From contig NC_058368.1 in assembly GCF_018350175.1 (NCBI RefSeq), forward strand, positions 52,081,815 to 52,145,814: a DNA stretch of 64,000 nt, written 5' to 3'. Of this stretch, positions 63,689-64,000 are shown one piece after another. The notes below the pieces were generated by a model. That model ran no database searches. It had not been told where the DNA came from and saw only the letters and a program-made list of their open reading frames with translations. The translations under genes were made by a program, and so were the position numbers. Position 1 is the stretch's first letter. Each line of letters opens with the position of its first letter. This DNA is from Felis catus. Its lineage: Eukaryota.

Positions 63689-64000
63689 AATTTATGGGAA
63701 CAGTTTTAATTCCTTTTGGGGACCTCCAAACATACCTACAGGTGGACTTTATGGAAAACTAGAGGCCCTTCGGTAGCAGGTGGAGGACAAGCTGGTGAAA
63801 AACAAGTTATAGCCTAAAAGCTGAAGGACATGCACCGATGAGTTGGATGTTTAGGGTTCTTTCAGGATGTGTGATTGCTGTCTCAGCCTCAGCATATAAT
63901 TGGATATTCTCAAGGATGACTGTTAGCTATTAGCTTCCAAATCCCCAAAGTCTAGAGGCCTCCTTGTGCCATCTTTGGCCCTTCAGCCCTCTATATTTGC

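Noticed and set aside
1..64000. tRNA genes, CRISPR arrays or prokaryote-style multi-gene systems
   Set aside because: The tRNA-like A/B boxes all belong to SINE heads, there is no repeat-spacer array, and the DNA is mammalian and repeat-rich with no operon-like coding density.

Overview
Mammalian (cat-family) genomic DNA. The felid assignment rests on about 29 tRNA-derived Can-SINEs (several young SINEC_Fc-like copies with clean target-site duplications, TSDs) and a felid-type LINE-1. The window is mostly intronic/intergenic, with ancient MIR, L2, L1M, MaLR LTR and DNA-transposon relics (Tigger1, MER5, MER20). The only recognisable protein-coding sequence is transposon-derived. A full-length ~6.0 kb L1 (54017-60021, + strand, 15-bp TSD) has an open ORF1, an ORF2 disabled by four lesions, and a short non-L1 segment between two poly(A) tails that looks like a 3' transduction. 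A CpG-rich island at ~39.9-40.6 kb with a minus-strand splice donor, plus two well-formed minus-strand exon candidates (33358-33462, 25291-25353), suggests the 5' end of a minus-strand host gene or lncRNA that I cannot name. I found no evidence of a new multi-gene system. The best leads are the transduction tag, an ORF0-like antisense ORF in the feline L1 5'UTR, and a candidate myristoylated uORF/microprotein. Repeat subfamily names are recalled from consensus sequences, not from a search, and old-repeat boundaries are approximate.
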